From assembly GCA_013239625.1 (NCBI GenBank), contig MU053934.1, positions 9,879,352-9,939,351 on the forward strand: a stretch of DNA of 60,000 nucleotides, read 5' to 3'. This document shows, one piece after another, positions 1-11,959 of this stretch. The translations under genes were made by a program, and so were the position numbers. The first letter of the stretch is position 1, and the number at the start of each line of letters is the position of its first letter. A model generated the notes under the pieces. It worked only from the letters and a program-made list of their open reading frames with translations, searched no databases and was not told where the DNA came from. The stretch comes from Lama guanicoe (lineage: Eukaryota).

Positions 1-132
1 CAGCAAATGGCTAAATAGTCCGGGCACAGAACCACCGGCCCCCAACCCCACTTCCTCGGGTACATTTGTTCTGCAGTGAGGTGTCCTCACACACATATGC
101 CGTAACTCATTGCACTGGACTGCCTGTCCTGC

Positions 133-168
133 ACACACACACACACACACACACACGTGCACACGCAC
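133..168 (+). repeat. (CA)n microsatellite
   Basis: Visible cacacaca run. Confidence 0.95.
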
Positions 169-869
169 CCCTGACCTCCGACGGCCACATGACGGATACA
201 TAGGAAATCTCTCAGAACAATAAACCTTAATTTTTTCCATCTCTCTTCTTTGAAGGTTTGGGGGAGCGTTCAACGACACATTAGAAAATTTTCCATGCTT
301 AGAAGAGAGGCCAAGTTGAAAAGGCGACTCCCAGGGCACAAGGCGCAAAAGGCAAAGCAGGAGCGCTGTCACCTCCAGCGGGGCGGCTGGGGTGCGGCGC
401 TGGCCTAGCGCACACAGGGTGCTGGGTTCGCCCGCCAGTGCCTCCATCAAAATAATAACAGTAACAAATAAACCTTATTACCTCCCCCGACAGAAAAAAA
501 GATTCAAAAAAAAACAGGCTCAACTGCCCCCCACACCTCTCTTCTGTTTACTGCACACACGCTCCCCCTCCTTCCCCAGGCGCGAGCATGGCCACGCGGC
601 CCAGAGGCCCCTGTGATCTCCTAAACGATTCAGAGTTAGGAGCCTGTGTGAACACAACCAACAAGGACTCTTATCCGGCATGATGTGCAGAGGAGTTTGG
701 GGGAAGAGAGAGTAGAAGGCAGGGTCCGGATGGGTCACTACAATAAGGGAGACCCGTGCGCATTCCAGGTGCTCGGGTGGGCAAACTGTGGGTCCCTCTG
801 GGAAAGCAGGCCTCCATCACTGATTTCACACAAAGAAATCAAGAGTGATGGGCGTGAGTTTGAAGGCAG

Positions 870-1790
870 GTGCTGTGGGTTCAACTGTGTCCCCAGAAAG
901 ATAGGTCCAAGTCCTAACTCCTGGTACCTGTGAGCATGACCTGATTTGGAAATAGGGTCTTTGCAGATGTAATGAAGACACAGATTAAGATGAGGTCACG
1001 AAGCATGGAAGCCACATAAATGTCCATTGACAGCTGACTGGATAATGAAGCTGTGGTGTATACATGCAATGGAATACTACTTGGCCATGAAAAAGAATGA
1101 AATCATGCCATTTGTAGCAACATGGCTGGGCCTGGAGATCATCATTCTAAGAGAAGAAAGCCAGAAAGAGAAAAAAAATACCATATGATATCACTCATAT
1201 GTGGAATCTAAAAAAAAAAGAGACACTAATGAACTCATCTATAAAACAGAAACAGACTCACAAACATAAAAAGCAAACTTGTGGTTATCAGAGGGGAAAG
1301 GGACTACTATATATAAAATAGATAAACAACAAGTTTACACTGTGTAGCACAAGGAACTGTATTCAATACCTTGCAGTAGCCTATAATGAAAAAGAACATG
1401 AAAAGGAATACACGTATGTTCACGTATGACTGAAACATGATGCTGTGCACCAGAAATTGACACAACATTGTAAACTGACTATACTTCAATTAAAAAAAAA
1501 AGATGGAGGGCCCTAAATTCAACAGGATGGGAGTTCTTACTCAGGAGAAGACACACCAACACACAGGGAGGAGGCCAGGTGACAACAGAGGCAGGCAGAC
1601 CAGGGTGACGCAGCCACAAGCCAAGGAGCCTGGCAGCCCCCAGGAGAGGCAGGAAGGACCCTCCCCTGCAGCTTCAGAGGGAGCTCCTGGGGACACCTTG
1701 GTTTCTCGGCCTTCACACTGAGAGAGGAAATGACCATTGTTTTAAGGCACTGGTTTGTGGAACCATCACAGCAGCCCCTGGAGACTGACC
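870..1790 (+). mobile_element. MLT1-type (MaLR) solo LTR interrupted by an L1 3' fragment
   Basis: tgctgtgggttcaactgtgtcccc...gacctgatttggaaatagggtctttgcagatgtaat...taagatgaggtca (870-1000) resumes at about 1502 with gggccctaaattcaa...gccacaagccaagga...ttttaaggcactggtttgtgg. These are MLT1 hallmark segments. Confidence 0.8.
1001..1501 (+). mobile_element. 5'-truncated LINE-1 3' end with poly(A)
   Basis: ORF2-end/3'UTR motifs (aatggaatactac...aaaagaatgaaatcatgccatttgtagcaacatgg) ending ...gtaaactgactatacttcaattaaaaaaaaaa. Confidence 0.88.
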
Positions 1791-2139
1791 CAGCAGGTCT
1801 GTAACCCTAAGGGACTGACACACTCAGTCTAGTATCCAGCCCCTCTCAAGTCCCTTGGCTTCCTAGGAGGCTGGAATTAAGCCCGGGTTGCAGCCTGTAA
1901 AAGTCTGCAAGTGACGTGGAACCTTCCAGAGGGAGCACAGAGAGGGCTGGGCAGGGCGAGGAACTTGCAGCTAAGATCCTCTGTGCACAGCCCAGGCAAA
2001 GCTCCAGAGGAAACCGCCAGGCAGTGGACATGCCCAGCAGGAACCTCACATGGGATGGTCCAGAGCAACCCCAAGACACTGTGTAAATCTTTGCCCAGAC
2101 CCAGACCTTGGAGGGCACGTGTACAAACGTCTGTTCAAG

Positions 2140-3335
2140 ACCCGACTTTCCTTTCTTTTGGGTGTACACCCATAAGTGGAATTTCTGGATCCTATGGCAA
2201 ACCTATGTTCAATTTACTGAGGAACCACCCACTGTTTTCCCCAGCAACTGCACCATTGTACAATCCCAGCTGTGCACAAGGGCGTCAACTTCTCCACATC
2301 CTCGCCAACACTGTTTTGCTTTTAACACCTTTATTGTGGTATGATTCCTGTACAGTAAACTACACATATTTCAGATGTACATCTTGATGAATTCTGATAG
2401 ATGTCTACACCCAGGAAACCACCGCCACAATCAAGACAGCTAACATTCCATCACTCAAGAGGTGCAAATTTCGAATTCCCAGTTTATCCCTTCCCACCCC
2501 CTTTACCCACTGGAAACCATAAGTCTGTTCTCTATGTCTGTGAGTCTGTTTCTGTTTTGTAGGTAAGTTTATTTGTGTCCTTTTTTTTTTAGATTCTTCG
2601 TATAAGTGATATCATATGGTATTTTTCTTTGTCTTTCTGGCTTACTTCACTTAGAATGGCAATCTCCAGGTCCATCCATGTTGCTGCAAATGGCATTAAT
2701 TATTTTTTATGGTTGAGTAGTTATCCATTGCATAAGTATACCACAGCTTCTTTATCCAGTCATGGACATTTGATGTTATTTCCACATCTTGGCTATTGTA
2801 AACAGTGCTGCTGTGAACACTGGGGTGCATGCATGTCTTTTTGAATTATGTTTTCCTCTGGATATATGCCCAGGAGTGGGATTCCTGGATCATATGGTAA
2901 GTCTATTTTAGTATTTTAAGGAACCTCCATGCTGTCTTCCGTAGTGGCTGCACTAATTTACCAACAGTGTAGGAGGGTTCCCTTTTCTCCACACCCTCTC
3001 CAGCATTTATCACTTGTGGACTCTTTAATGATGGCCATTCTGACTGATGTGAGGAGATACCTCCTTGTACTTTGGTTTTGTTTTTATAACAGCCACCCTA
3101 AGACGGGAGGTGGTGTCCCCCACGGTTCTGATTTGCATTTCCCTAATGAGCCGAGATGCTGAGCATCCTTCCATGTGCCTGTTAACGGTCTGTCTCTCTT
3201 CTTTGGAAAAATGTCCATCAGGCCCTTTGCCCATTTTTAAATCAGGGTGTTTGTTTCTCTGCTGCTGAGCTGCTGGACTTCCTTCCATATTCTGGACAGT
3301 AACCTCTTATCAGACACAGGATTTGAGAATATTTC
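2140..3335 (-). mobile_element. Nested LINE-1 fragments (older L1M with a younger L1 3' portion at about 2465-3070)
   Basis: Antisense L1 motifs: tccatccatgttgctgcaaatggcatt, ttggctattgtaaacagtgctgc, gatttgcatttccctaatg, ttggaaaaatgtc. Confidence 0.82.
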
Positions 3336-6119
3336 GTGGCAGCTTTTAAGTGTGATCATTTCTTAGCACCTGCAAGGTATGAAGTGGCAAGAAAAAGGTT
3401 TCCCAAGCCACAGCCCAGGCTGAATTCTGTTTTTCCAACCCTTCACTCACAGAATGACATGGGGCGGAGTCAGGAGGAGGTTTCCGGGCAATGACCAACT
3501 CCCTCTCCCTATTTCAGTTGGGGGACGGAGGTCCAGAGAGAGCCACCCTGACCAGTGTCAGCAGCCAGCACGAGGGCATGCAACCCAGGCGTCCTAACCA
3601 GGGAAAGCTCACACTCTGCAACACCGGAGACGGGGCGCAACACTCGCAAGACCGCTGCTGGGACCGGGGCCGGGCTGCACGGCAGCGGAACGACTGCACT
3701 GTGAAAACGGGCCTCAAATGTCAACTCACCGAGAAAAGTTTACTGCCCTGCAAGAACGCTCTTATCTCCAAACGCTAACACAGCACATGACTTTATTTAA
3801 CTAGGTGCTGTTCGTTTACTTTAACCAAGTATCATTTAGATTAGATATTTTAGAGATTCAAAAAAGATTTTTTTTTAAAGTTATGGAACTGGCAGTAAAA
3901 ACAAACTATTAGAAAAATCTTGATTGATAGATTGAGCAGGAGAGAGAGGGTGGGAAAGCAGGCAGGCGGGCGGGCAGGGCTCCCTGGTCAGCAGAATCCC
4001 GTGCTCTTGGAGCTAGAAGGCCCCTCGAGGGCACATCAGATGGCTGCTCGGTGTGAGCTCCTCCTCAGTGTCCCCTCCCGCTCTGGTCTGACCACCACAC
4101 TGGCTCTGGTTCCTCCCTACACCTGGTGCACACCAGTCCTGCACTCCAGTTTCCTATGACACAGCTCCACCACAGAAGACCCCACAGAGACTCAGGGACA
4201 GCTACCCAGGACCCCCTTCTTCCCCACTCTGCTCACCCAGGATGTGGGTGGGGTCAGCAAAGGGCTGAGGGCTCCCTTGGAATCAGGCAGGATACAAACA
4301 TGACCCACAGCTCTCCTGTTCTGGGCGATGTGGTCACTGGCAGTGAGTGTCCATCTTTGGAATCCCCAGACCTGTGCCCCAGGGGCTGCTCCCCCTCCCA
4401 GGGCTCAGCCACCGGCCGAAGGTGGGCATCGGAGGGGAGGGGCAGCAGAGTGCTTAGAGCCCTCATAAAGCAGGGGCTGGGTCTGCCCCCCCACACACAC
4501 ACACACGAGCTGGCCAGCCTCAGTCTCTTCACTGTGAAATGCGGAGTCCCGTGATGCCGGTGCGATGATGCGGGCAGACCCCAGGCGCACGCCTGAGAAG
4601 CGGGAGGCACACAAAGCAGCGCGGTGCGGCGGCCGCGCTCTCGTGGGACCACCCCCGACGCGCTATCTGGCTCTGAGGCCAGCCTCCCCTGCTGGCCCCC
4701 CCGGTGTGCGGAGGCCAGGGACTGACCCCCTGAGTGCGAAGCCACAGCAGGAGGGGGCAGTTCAGAGAGGGGCCCACAACCCCTCAGTTCCCCAAGGCCA
4801 GCACAAGGCACAGAGGGACCCCGGAGTGTCCACGCTTTCAGCAGAAATATGACAGGGGCGGGGCGGGGCAGCGGCTCCCACAAGATTCACGGAGAAAGCA
4901 CACCAACTTAGGTCACCTTCACGCAAGGCGCCCGACAGAGAAGGACGTGGAAAGGTGACCGCAAAGCCAGTCCCAGCAGCCAGCTGCCCGCTGCCAGACA
5001 CTGTGTAGCTGACCTTGTGATGTCCCCAGTCGACCCCATGAGCCAAGGGCCGGCATGATGCCCCTTTGACGGGGGCCACTGTCCCCTGTGGGCTCCCGAG
5101 CCCCTGAACAAGGCCCCCAGCTCCGAGGGACCCTCTGTGTTGGCCCACGTGCTCCCTATCATGACAGCAAAGGTTAACACCCTGTGATGGGGTGGCTGGA
5201 AGGAAAGTCTATTCTACACAATCTGCTGTTAAAAGTAGTTGATTAAATCTGTGTGTTTAAGAAAAAGCCTTGGCCTTTATCCAGGACGTCAAGACAAGAG
5301 ACACTCAGCAGGTGGGGAAAACGATAAAGCCTGGTGCTGGGCCTTTCCCAGCTTCGGAACGTTCACGCCCGCAAGGGTGAGCTGATTAGCCAGGCAGCCC
5401 CCCGTTCTCACCTGAAGCAGAAGCATGAGAATCCGTACATTCAGGAGTTTTCCTGAAAAAAGTTCATTTCTTTCACCTGGGGCTTTTAAACCCCTCAGCC
5501 GAGCATGAGAAGCTGAGAGGGGCAGTTGGGGGTGTCCTGCCTCTGCACCGCCGCCCCCCAAATGAAGGCAGGGGAGCCGCCCTTGCCTCGGAGCATGACC
5601 CCCCGCCCCCGCACCTCTCTGGACCACTCTATAAATAGCCACAGATGTGCTGAGCACCCACTGTGTGCCAGGCCCCAGGCCCACAGGGCAAAGCAGAGGA
5701 GAAAGACACCATTGTCCCCCCTGAACCATACACATGTTCCCTCTGACTGTCACCACCCGGGACCCCAACCCTTCCTTGTTTCCTCAGGTTACCCCGGTTA
5801 CCCTTCCAAAACAAACGTGCAGAAGGGAAGAGGGTTATTTACTGTCCCCCCCTCCACCCAACGTTCAGGGAGGGCTCTTGCACGAACTTAGGTGTTCAGG
5901 TTACAGGACAAAAAGAAAAAAACCGCAAACTATTTCCCTCAAGGCTGAGAGCTGAAAAGAATCAAGCCAAACTTAGGAATATTTTCCATACTCTCTGCCC
6001 CACATGATAAAATCTACTTTTGTTTGCATCCAAGTGCTGGCAGAGATGGAGGCCCCGTGGCCCTGAGCCACACTACATGCCCCAGGGAGGGGAGGCAGAC
6101 TTGGCTACTAGGGCCTTGG

Positions 6120-6550
6120 CACCCACCATCACACCCACCATCCCCCATCACACCCACCATCACACCCACCATCCACCATCACCTCCCCCATCCCCCCCAC
6201 CCCCCACCACCCCCCCCACCCCCNNNNNNNNNNNNNNNNNNNNNNNNNNNNNNNNNNNNNNNNNNNNNNNNNNNNNNNNNNNNNNNNNNNNNNNNNNNNN
6301 NNNNNNNNNNNNNNNCCACCGTCCACCATCACAACCACCATCACACCCACCATCCACCATCCCCCATCACACCCACCATCACACCCACCATCCCCCATCA
6401 CACCCACCACCACACCCACCATCCACCATCACACCCACCATCCCCCATCACACCCACCATCACACCCATCCTCCACCCTCACAACCACCATCACACCCAC
6501 CATCACACCCACCATCCCCCATCACACCCACCATCACACCCACCATCACA
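6120..6550 (+). repeat. CACACCCACCAT / CACCAT-type minisatellite spanning an assembly gap
   Basis: Direct repeats of cacacccaccat and cccccat on both sides of the N-run at 6224-6315. Confidence 0.92.
6224..6315. other. Assembly gap (N-run)
   Basis: Run of N. Confidence 0.99.
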
Positions 6551-9259
6551 TCTACCTGCTTCCTTAACAGGTTTCTGCTCTCAAGTGTCAAAATGGGCAG
6601 GTGTGTGCATCAGCCCAGACCAAAGCATACTCTCAGTGGTGACACCAGGCCCTGGATAGAGTTCTGGCATCCCTAACACCAGTCACTTTTCCAGATGTGA
6701 TTTCAACACCACCCCTCTTTCTGAGGGGGACTTTTTCCAAGATTAAAAAAAAAAATCAGCTCCATGTCACCCTAGTTGGTAGGGGGAGTGGGGCCCAAGC
6801 AGAGAGCCAACGTTACTAAGTAGCCAGTGCTGAGAGGGGAGTCCCGGTCCTCCCTCATGAGTCCAGGTCCCCTTGGCCTTCAGCCCCTGCCCATCCTCCC
6901 CTGCCCCTGCTCCTCCATCACAGGCCCCGTGACTCAAAGAGAAGCCGACGCTGCGGTCCCCGCCCCCATTCCTGCTGCCCCGTCTACACTCAGCTCGGCC
7001 ACAATAGTCACTCAGCTGCCACTGAGGCTTATCCCCCTGTCCAGTGCTCCCCAAAGGTGCCACTGCCACCATCACAGCCACCTGAACACCTGCACAAGCA
7101 GGTAGAGCCACAGGGCGGGCCAGGATGTTGTGCACCTTAACTGGTCCACTCCCTGGGCCCTCACCTCAGCCCAGGTCCCCACGGCCATCCAGCCTTCCCT
7201 CTGAACCTCACCCACGCCTGGCGGCCCAGTCCTCTGCTCCTCAAGCCCCCACCACCCCGGTCTCATGGAGCTACCAAGGACCTCCCCTTGGCTAGGCCAA
7301 GTCACATCTCTGTCCTGAGGCTCCCCGAGCTCCAGAAGGCATCTGCCACCAGCGACCCCCTTCAGGCTCTCACTCTCTCAGTCCCTAGGGCCCCAGACCC
7401 TCAGTTTTTTCCCTCCTACGGGTGGTCATTCTGGCCTCAGCTTTCATGAAGAGCCCTACTCAGGCCACGGCTCCTCCAGGCTGCACCTGAGCCCCATCCC
7501 CACCATAGGTGCCCCCTGCCCGAGTGCCCTTACACCCTGCAGACGGGTCACTGACCACCCCCAGCCATGATGGCCTCTCTGTCACCCTCGAGGCCATGCT
7601 CACCACCTCCGGCTGTGACCCCAGCTGGTCTCTCCTGCTCAGACCTGCATGTCCAACCATCTTCACGACAATGTCAAAGGGGCCCAGCCACCCGGGGTCC
7701 AAAGCAGCCTTGTGGTCCTCCCTGTGCACACGCCTCTTCATCCCATCCTCAGCTACATGCTCCCCAAAGCACAGCCTGAGAGCACACAGTGTGGGAGAGG
7801 CTCAGATCCCAGTGCTTCCACCACAAACCAGGTTCCCCCACCAGGTGGGTGGAGCCTCTGGGGCCCTGGTTTGCTCCTCAAGGAGTTGATACTGTTCATT
7901 GATGGGGCCGCTGCAGGAGCAGACCCAGTGCTCAGACAGGTGGCTCGGGTCGGGGGAGTTCCCAGCACGAGGAGCACGTTGGCTGACGGACCCCATCCTC
8001 ACCTCCCTAACCCCCTCCATTCACCCACGCTCCACCGCCACCCTGAGCAGGACCAAGCCCCACTTCGGACCTTTCTTCCACCCTCCATGCTCACCCTAGA
8101 GCCCTCTTCCCATCAGCAGCCCAGGCGTCAGTCAAAAGGCACCACTCAGCCCCAAACCTCCCCGACAGTCAGCCCTCTCCAGGCGGGGGGAGAGGGCTTC
8201 CGCCACACCTGGTCCCCCGGCCAGGGAGGCCTGCCACACACTGGCCCGGGAGCGTCCCCATGCCCACCCTCTCCCGCACCTCCATCCCCCTGAATCTGGT
8301 TCCCTGTTTATCCCATTGTCCCCACCCAACATTTGAAAGGACAGGGGCCACAGAGCCTGGCACACAGTAGGTCTGGCACACAATAGGTGCTCACTAAACA
8401 AACACTCCATTGTTTCTGAAAGTACGTTGGCAAGTGATTACCTCCAAGATACTGAAGCCCTGGGACAGTTAACCAGCTTCTCAAAGTACCTACCTCTCCC
8501 GGGGCAGATTATGTCACTGGAGAATCCAGCCTGACAACTGACGTGGTTTAAGCTGGTCTGATCCTTTTCCAGCCCGTGGGATTCAGAAAAAAAACAATGC
8601 ATGCATTCCGACGCGGCCCGGTACAATGCCCGTCCTCCAACTTCCTTGTTGGCAAGCATCTATTTCAAAGTCCCTACGATATCCTGCATTTAACTCAGCA
8701 AACACTTTTTAAAACTTTATCAAGCAAGCCCCAACGACTTTATCCCAGCGCCTTCCGACCAAAGTAAACGGGTAAAGGTGACTCAATCTTGTGTTTCACG
8801 GAGTTTCAGTATTTTCTGACATGTCTGAATGACTCATCGCCCAAGCATTTGCACCCCACGAGCGCTGCTTATCCCACATCCACAGGTCCGCACGCCCACA
8901 AGCACAGGGTCGCTTTCCAACGCCGCGTTCTGGGATGGGCGGCTCGCAGCTCGACAGCCTCGGGCACACACACGTTCAAGCCAAGTTTACAAAGTCCACG
9001 TTATTATAAGACCAACATCTAGAAGGACTAACCAGAGGGCTCCACAAGCGACAGTCCCATCAGGTTGTTACCCACGCGGCTTTGAAAAACGCAAACATGG
9101 CTGTTACCGACGTTCAAAGGGCAAAGCCCCAGCACAGAATTTTAAACCTTGTTCAAAAACCGTCGCATATAAAATGAACGTCTTGTGTCGCTGGATGTCA
9201 TCCAAAAATGGCAGCTATTTGAATGGGACTATATTCAGAATCCAAAAAATTTCGGGAAA

Positions 9260-9386
9260 GGGGAGGGGATAGCTCAGTGGCCAAGCGCGTGCTTAGCATG
9301 CACAAGGTCCTGGGTTCAATCCCCAGTGCCTCCATTAAATAAATAAATATATGTATGAACCTCATCACCTCCCCCCACAAAAAAAA
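9260..9386 (+). mobile_element. tRNA-Ala-derived SINE (camelid Vic-1-like)
   Basis: ggggaggggatagctcagtgg...gtgcttagcatgcacaaggtcctgggttcaatcccc, then (taaa)n, a C-run and an A tail. Same family as the copies at 17164, 22896, 32646 and 33120. Confidence 0.88.
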
Positions 9387-11959
9387 CTTCAAACAGTGTT
9401 TTGTCCTCGGTGGGCCACATCAACCCTCTCTGCTCACAGTCGAAAGATTACAGTAAAACCCCCAGCCAGGCGAAGGGAACGGCTCTCCTGAGTACGTCCA
9501 TCGCGGGTACCACCATGCCCCCCCACCCCCATCCTGGCTTGGCTCCCACAAAACCTAGTGGACCACTGGGCTTTTCTTTATAGCACCTCCGGGGCGGTAA
9601 TAACGCACTGGAGGCTGCAGGGTTTGGCTGTAAACCCGCGGAAGCCAGTAACACTTCACTGAAAACAGCACATGAATTTGAAACCACAGCCTTTCCCACT
9701 GTTTCTTTTAAAAAACCTAAGACTCCCGCTCTGGTTAATTCAAAGGTTGAGCTTTTTGTGTCATTCTGTTTCTGCACACAGCCTTGCTGTTGGGAATTAC
9801 AGATTTTATAGTTTACAGTAATTCTTCCCTTTGAAGCATTAAACAGTTGCCAAATGGTCGGAGGGTGGCGAAGGGGCCCAAGGTGCCTACCTCACACCGC
9901 AGCAAGGAGTCAGTGCTGGAGCAATCCAGCTCAGGCACTAATTCCTCAAAACTTTTCTCTCAGATAAGAGAGGGGAGTGTGAAGGGTTGGCTGTTTTGTT
10001 TTGGTTGGATCACGGCTGGATGCCTGGCGCTCCTGCTCGGGCTGTGTGACCCTGAGGAAGTGACTTAACACTCCTGAGCCTCAGTCTGTTCATCTGTACA
10101 GTGGGCAGCTTCACCTCCCAGGTACCAGGTACCAGAGTTTACAAAACTGCTGTCCAGTCAGAACCCAGTAAAAGGGTATCATCATCATCTGGGAGGGTGG
10201 ACCCAAGAGGCCCAGTGCCTGATTTACACGAGCGTGTGTCACACAGGATTCAGAGCCCAGAGCCAGATCAGAGACAATTACATAGCGTGGCGCCCCCAAC
10301 CCACCTTCAACTGTGGGCCTGGCCACCAGGTAGGCAAGACAGCCCTCGGCAACTAACCTCTTTTGAATAACAACCATCCCAAATCCTTCATCCAGCGGGG
10401 GGGGGGGGGGGGGCAGCCCACATTCCTGATGCTTCAGACACACGAAGCACCCCTGCCCCCGACCTGCACCCGTTCCCACGAGCACCACACACACCCCTTG
10501 CAGAGTCGAAACCCGATGACGCGGCCAAGCCGTGTGTATATAGGCTAAATATGTCACTCCGCTTCATCTCGCAGATAAAACAGGACAGGAAGAAAAACAG
10601 AAAACGCAAAAGGGAATTTGTGAGTCTTTTTTAACCTGTCATCGCTCAGCACACCCATAACCCCGGTTAACACTCCTCCTTAAGGGTGGTTCCGTACTCT
10701 CCACGCATATTCTCAACTTCACAAAACCCACAACAGTCACCTACAGGTAGGTTCTGCCGCCAAAATCAATGCAGCAGGATTACATCACTTCAGAACTGGA
10801 CCTGTAATTCCAGATTTTATAAGTAAGCAACTGGAACCTGTTTGCCAGCCATTCCTTGTATGTCAAGAATTACAGCCAAATGTGGAAGTAAAATAAATCA
10901 GAGCAGCTTTTTGATTCTTCCACGGCTTCCATGGATGTCTTGTGTTATAATAATTTAAACAGCTCATCTGAAATATGAACTCAGCCCACAGCTCCGAGCC
11001 TTTCTTGGTGACAGTTTGGTCCACTGGTTAAGGTCACCTGCCTGCAGGAGCCCTCAGGGGTCTCTTTACTGCTCCCCAAACCCCTCACCCCCATCAAATC
11101 CTTCTCTCTCTTCTGTGTCTTCTAATTTCCACCCTTCTGTCTGTCTCTGTCTCTGTCTCTGGCCCCACAGCCCCGCCTGGCACAGGAGGGTCAGCAGAAT
11201 GGACCAACTCTTGACGGCCTGCGTTTGGCTGGCTGAACTGAGACGCCCTCCCTCTCCGGCTCACCTCCAGCCCCGGAGCCCGCAAGCAGGGTTCCCACAC
11301 TGGCTCCACCACCAACTGGGCAGGCCTCTAAGTAACGCCAAATTACAAGCCCAGGTCCAGGAGCAAAAACCAAGATCAAACGAGGCTACACTTTCAAAGA
11401 ACTCCCACCCGGGTGAGCACACGTAAGCCTGACTGTTATTATCTGGAGGAGACAGAGGAGAGACACGAAGAGAAAAACTCCAGCCGTATTACAGGGTGAC
11501 TCAGGGACCTATCCAGCAATTTCCAACGGTCCCACCCGGGAACTAATTGGCACATGGAGCGGACAGTGACCTTTGATCTTTCCAGACAGGCGTGTGGCTG
11601 ACTACAGAGCACCACCAAGCAAACCAGACAACTCAGATAAGCCCGGAGACCAGGTGTTAATAGCAAAACCAGCTACGGCCCTCTGGAAAGCCCAGGAGGC
11701 CCTGGTCTTGAACTTGAAGAAACCCGGGCCTGCTCCCAGCACAGATGCTGAGGTCAGCAGTGCCTCGCCCCTCCTCCTCCCTTGGCTCAGGTGGGGAGCA
11801 CGTCTCCAGCTAGCGGTACCCAACCATCCAACCGGAGGCCACAAGTCCCCGAAGAGCTGCCCGGGCCCTGCCCAGATGTGCCCCAGCACGCCAGGCAGGC
11901 TCCTGGCAGGTCCCTGCAGCTCTCCAGGTGGCCCAGCAGGAGCCCCCACGGCCACTCAC

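Larger units (their letters stand above)
1..11959 (-). other. CELSR1: CELSR1 intron 1 (5' part; continues beyond the window start)
   Basis: Canonical GTGAGT donor at 11959-11954(-). No further CELSR1-like peptide (expected continuation DGIHSV...) appears in the ORF track for 1-11959. Confidence 0.88.

Noticed and set aside
6020..6676. His/Pro-rich ORFs of about 210-218 aa
   Set aside because: Translation of the CACCAT minisatellite across an N-gap.
9260..9335. tRNA-like sequences (also at 22896, 32646 and 33120) as tRNA genes
   Set aside because: Each carries the same SINE body and A-rich tail plus disabling substitutions; they are retroposed copies.
11787..11959. C-terminal 'GEWPWGLLL...' tail of the 1278-aa ORF
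   Set aside because: Read-through into intron 1 past the GTGAGT donor.
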